Below the pieces are notes generated by a model that had not been told where the DNA came from, searched no databases, and saw only the letters and a list, made by a program, of their open reading frames with translations. The position numbers and the translations under genes are program-made. A stretch of 64,000 bases of DNA, from contig DASVCH010000122.1 of NCBI GenBank assembly GCA_036381715.1, forward strand, positions 4-64,003, written 5' to 3'. This DNA comes from Gammaproteobacteria bacterium (lineage in GTDB: Bacteria > Pseudomonadota > Gammaproteobacteria > Natronospirales > JAJUFS01). This document shows, in pieces, positions 60,840-64,000 of this stretch. Each line of letters begins with the position of its first letter. Position 1 is the stretch's first letter.

Positions 60840-61216
60840 TGCCTCTGCGCCTCGCACCGCTGTGGTGGAGCCTTGGCGCGTTGTTCGTCGGAACCGATGT
60901 CGTGCTGAGCCTGGCGCCGCCCGGTGACGGTCCGCCCTTGCTGCCCGACAAGTTCGTTCACTTTGCGACCTACTTCTTTCTCGCGTTCTGGTTCGTCTCG
61001 CTTGCCCGGCGTGCGCGAGCTGTCGCGCTTGCCGGCGTGCTTCTGCTCGGCGGCGCGCTGGAACTGCTGCAGGGCCTGACGCCGATGCGCCAGCCCGACT
61101 GGCTGGACATGCTTGCGAACACGTCCGGCGCTTTGTTGGCCTTGATGATCGTCGCTTTTCTACCCGTGAACATTTTCGCCTGGTTCGAACGGCGCTTGAC
61201 GGCGATGCAGACATGA
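60839..61216 (+). CDS. VanZ-family membrane protein
   Basis: 4 TM helices with [16 protein letters not shown] and an LLQG...P.R......D.LAN pattern. Confidence 0.65.
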   Translation: MPLRLAPLWWSLGALFVGTDVVLSLAPPGDGPPLLPDKFVHFATYFFLAFWFVSLARRARAVALAGVLLLGGALELLQGLTPMRQPDWLDMLANTSGALLALMIVAFLPVNIFAWFERRLTAMQT

Positions 61217-62523
61217 AGCCCGACGCGCTCACACCGCTTGCCGATCGCATGCGGCCGCAAACGCTGGATGAAGTCGTCGGCCAGAAACACCTGCTCGCAC
61301 CCGGCAAGCCGTTGTACGAGGCGCTGAAAAACGGCCGTGCGCATTCCATGATCCTCTGGGGTCCGCCGGGCACGGGCAAGACGACGCTCGCGCGGCTGGT
61401 CGCGAAAACCTGCGACGCCGAATTCCTGCCGCTGTCGGCCGTCATGTCCGGCGTGAAGGACGTGCGCGCGGCGGCCGAGGCCGCGAAGCAGCTGCGTTCA
61501 ACCGGCCGCGGAACCGTGCTGTTCCTGGATGAAGTCCATCGCTTCAACAAGGCGCAGCAGGACGCGTTCCTGCCGTATGTCGAAGACGGCACCTTGATCT
61601 TCGTCGGCGCGACGACGGAAAACCCTTCCTTCGAATTGAACAACGCGCTGCTGTCGCGTGCGCGGGTGTATCTGCTGAAGTCGCTGACGGCAGAAGATTT
61701 GCGCGACGTCGTCGATCGCGCGCTGGCCGACGAGGAACGCGGATTCGGCGGCCGCGTGAAAATGGCGGAAGCCTTGCGCGACGAACTGGCCAAGGCCGCC
61801 GACGGCGACGCGCGCCGTGCGCTGTCCCTGCTCGAGGTGGCGGCGGAACTTGCGAACGCGTCCGGCGATATTTCCGCCGAAACGCTGAACGAGGTCATCA
61901 GCGGCGGCGTGCGGCGCTTCGACAAGGGCGGCGACGATTTCTACGACCAGATTTCCGCCCTGCATAAATCCGTGCGTGGCTCGGATCCGGACGCGGCACT
62001 GTACTGGTTCGCACGCATGATGGATGGCGGTTGCGACCCGCTGTATGTCGCGCGGCGCGTGGTGCGCATGGCGAGCGAGGACATCGGCAATGCCGATCCG
62101 CGCGCGCTCCAGCTTGCGCTGAACGCCTGGGACGTGCAGACGCGCCTCGGCAGTCCCGAGGGCGAACTTACCATCGCGCAGGCGATCGCCTATCTCGCCG
62201 TGGCGCCGAAATCCAATGCGGTTTACACCGCGTACAAGGCCGCGATGAACGATGCAACGGCGCAGGGCTCGCTGGGCGTGCCGGCGCATCTTCGCAACGC
62301 GCCGACGAAACTCATGAAGGAGCTTGGAGCTGGCCGGGAATACCGCTATGCGCACGACGAGCCGGATGCATTCGCCGCCGGCGTCGAATACTTTCCCGAG
62401 GAAATGGGCCCGCGAACGTATTATCATCCCGTACCGCGCGGACTGGAGCTGAAGATCGGCGAAAAGCTCGCCGGGTTGCGCGAGAAGGATGCAAAGGCCG
62501 GGCGCAGGAAGGGGAAAGGCTGA
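61213..62523 (+). CDS. rarA: replication-associated recombination protein A (AAA+)
   Basis: [49 protein letters not shown], MgsA C-terminal domain. Confidence 0.95.
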   Translation: MKPDALTPLADRMRPQTLDEVVGQKHLLAPGKPLYEALKNGRAHSMILWGPPGTGKTTLARLVAKTCDAEFLPLSAVMSGVKDVRAAAEAAKQLRSTGRGTVLFLDEVHRFNKAQQDAFLPYVEDGTLIFVGATTENPSFELNNALLSRARVYLLKSLTAEDLRDVVDRALADEERGFGGRVKMAEALRDELAKAADGDARRALSLLEVAAELANASGDISAETLNEVISGGVRRFDKGGDDFYDQISALHKSVRGSDPDAALYWFARMMDGGCDPLYVARRVVRMASEDIGNADPRALQLALNAWDVQTRLGSPEGELTIAQAIAYLAVAPKSNAVYTAYKAAMNDATAQGSLGVPAHLRNAPTKLMKELGAGREYRYAHDEPDAFAAGVEYFPEEMGPRTYYHPVPRGLELKIGEKLAGLREKDAKAGRRKGKG

Positions 62524-62903
62524 TGTGGGGGAACGTGCTGGTCGTGGCAGCCGGCGGCGCGATCGGCGCGGCATTTCGCTACGCCGTGATGCTGGCATTC
62601 GGCCGAGGAACATTTCCCTGGACGACCTTGCTGGTGAACGTTTCCGGTTCGCTGCTGTTCGGGTTTCTCGCCATCTGGCTGAGCGCACGCTGGCCGCTGG
62701 CCGCCGAGCTGCGCGCCTTCCTGCTGGTCGGCGTGCTGGGTGCGTTCACGACGTTTTCCACGTTCTCATGGGAGACGCTCGGCTTGCTGCAGGAAGGCGA
62801 GATAACGCGCGCGGCCGTGAACATGCTCGCGAGCGTCGCCCTTTGCGTGCTTGCCGCCGCCGCAGGCATGTGGCTGGGGCGACAATTCATCGCATTTCAA
62901 TGA
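62523..62903 (+). CDS. crcB: fluoride ion channel
   Basis: [20 protein letters not shown]...FPWTTLLVNVSGSLLFG...GFCGAFTTFSTF-like motif (GVLGAFTTFSTFS). The ATG overlaps the rarA stop. It is the 3' third of ORF 62031..62903. Confidence 0.9.
   Translation: MWGNVLVVAAGGAIGAAFRYAVMLAFGRGTFPWTTLLVNVSGSLLFGFLAIWLSARWPLAAELRAFLLVGVLGAFTTFSTFSWETLGLLQEGEITRAAVNMLASVALCVLAAAAGMWLGRQFIAFQ

Positions 62904-64000
<1,097 letters not shown>

Noticed and set aside
62031-62903. A 290-aa ORF spanning the rarA 3' end and crcB.
   Set aside because: Only the last 126 codons (from ATG 62523) have CrcB motifs. The upstream part is an out-of-frame overlap with rarA.

Overview
The window is GC-rich (third codon positions are almost all G/C) and looks like a gammaproteobacterial chromosomal segment. 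It is densely packed with housekeeping genes in a Pseudomonas/Xanthomonadales-like order: ldt', nagZ, mscS-family, PRTase, mtnP, phoX-like, csiV-like, mfd, aguBA, lolC/E-lolD, a TonB receptor, comEC, exbBD-msbA-lpxK-trm112-kdsB, lpxO-like, ptp, rne, rluC, HAD, maf, yceD-rpmF-plsX-fabH, gspCDEF, a CHASE2 cyclase, clpSA, infA, ate-aat, trxB, ald, ftsK-lolA, rarA-crcB and serS'. I found no rRNA, tRNA, CRISPR array, integrase or transposase. Most very long ORFs on the opposite strand of these genes are GC-driven shadow ORFs.

Four things fall outside this housekeeping pattern:

1. A roughly 2-kb, visibly AT-richer islet (about 9.92-11.93 kb) sits between mfd and the next operon. It carries a 3-TM protein plus a small protein with a HEPN-type R-N-x3-H motif. 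It also carries an XRE regulator facing a SymE-like/HicB-like gene pair across a promoter region with two near-identical 16-bp palindromes. Nested GTTGGGG palindromes and short direct repeats mark its edges.

2. Directly next to the islet is a translationally coupled pair (ATGA overlap). It encodes a membrane protein whose class III cyclase-homology domain seems to have lost all catalytic residues, and a cNMP-binding patatin phospholipase.

3. A dispersed family of inverted heptamer arrays flanks intergenic hairpins, and a 46-bp REP-like element occurs twice.

4. A FemAB-like (DUF482) gene is translationally coupled to the aat-ate N-degron transferases.

All family assignments come from motif reading by eye. 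No database search was run.
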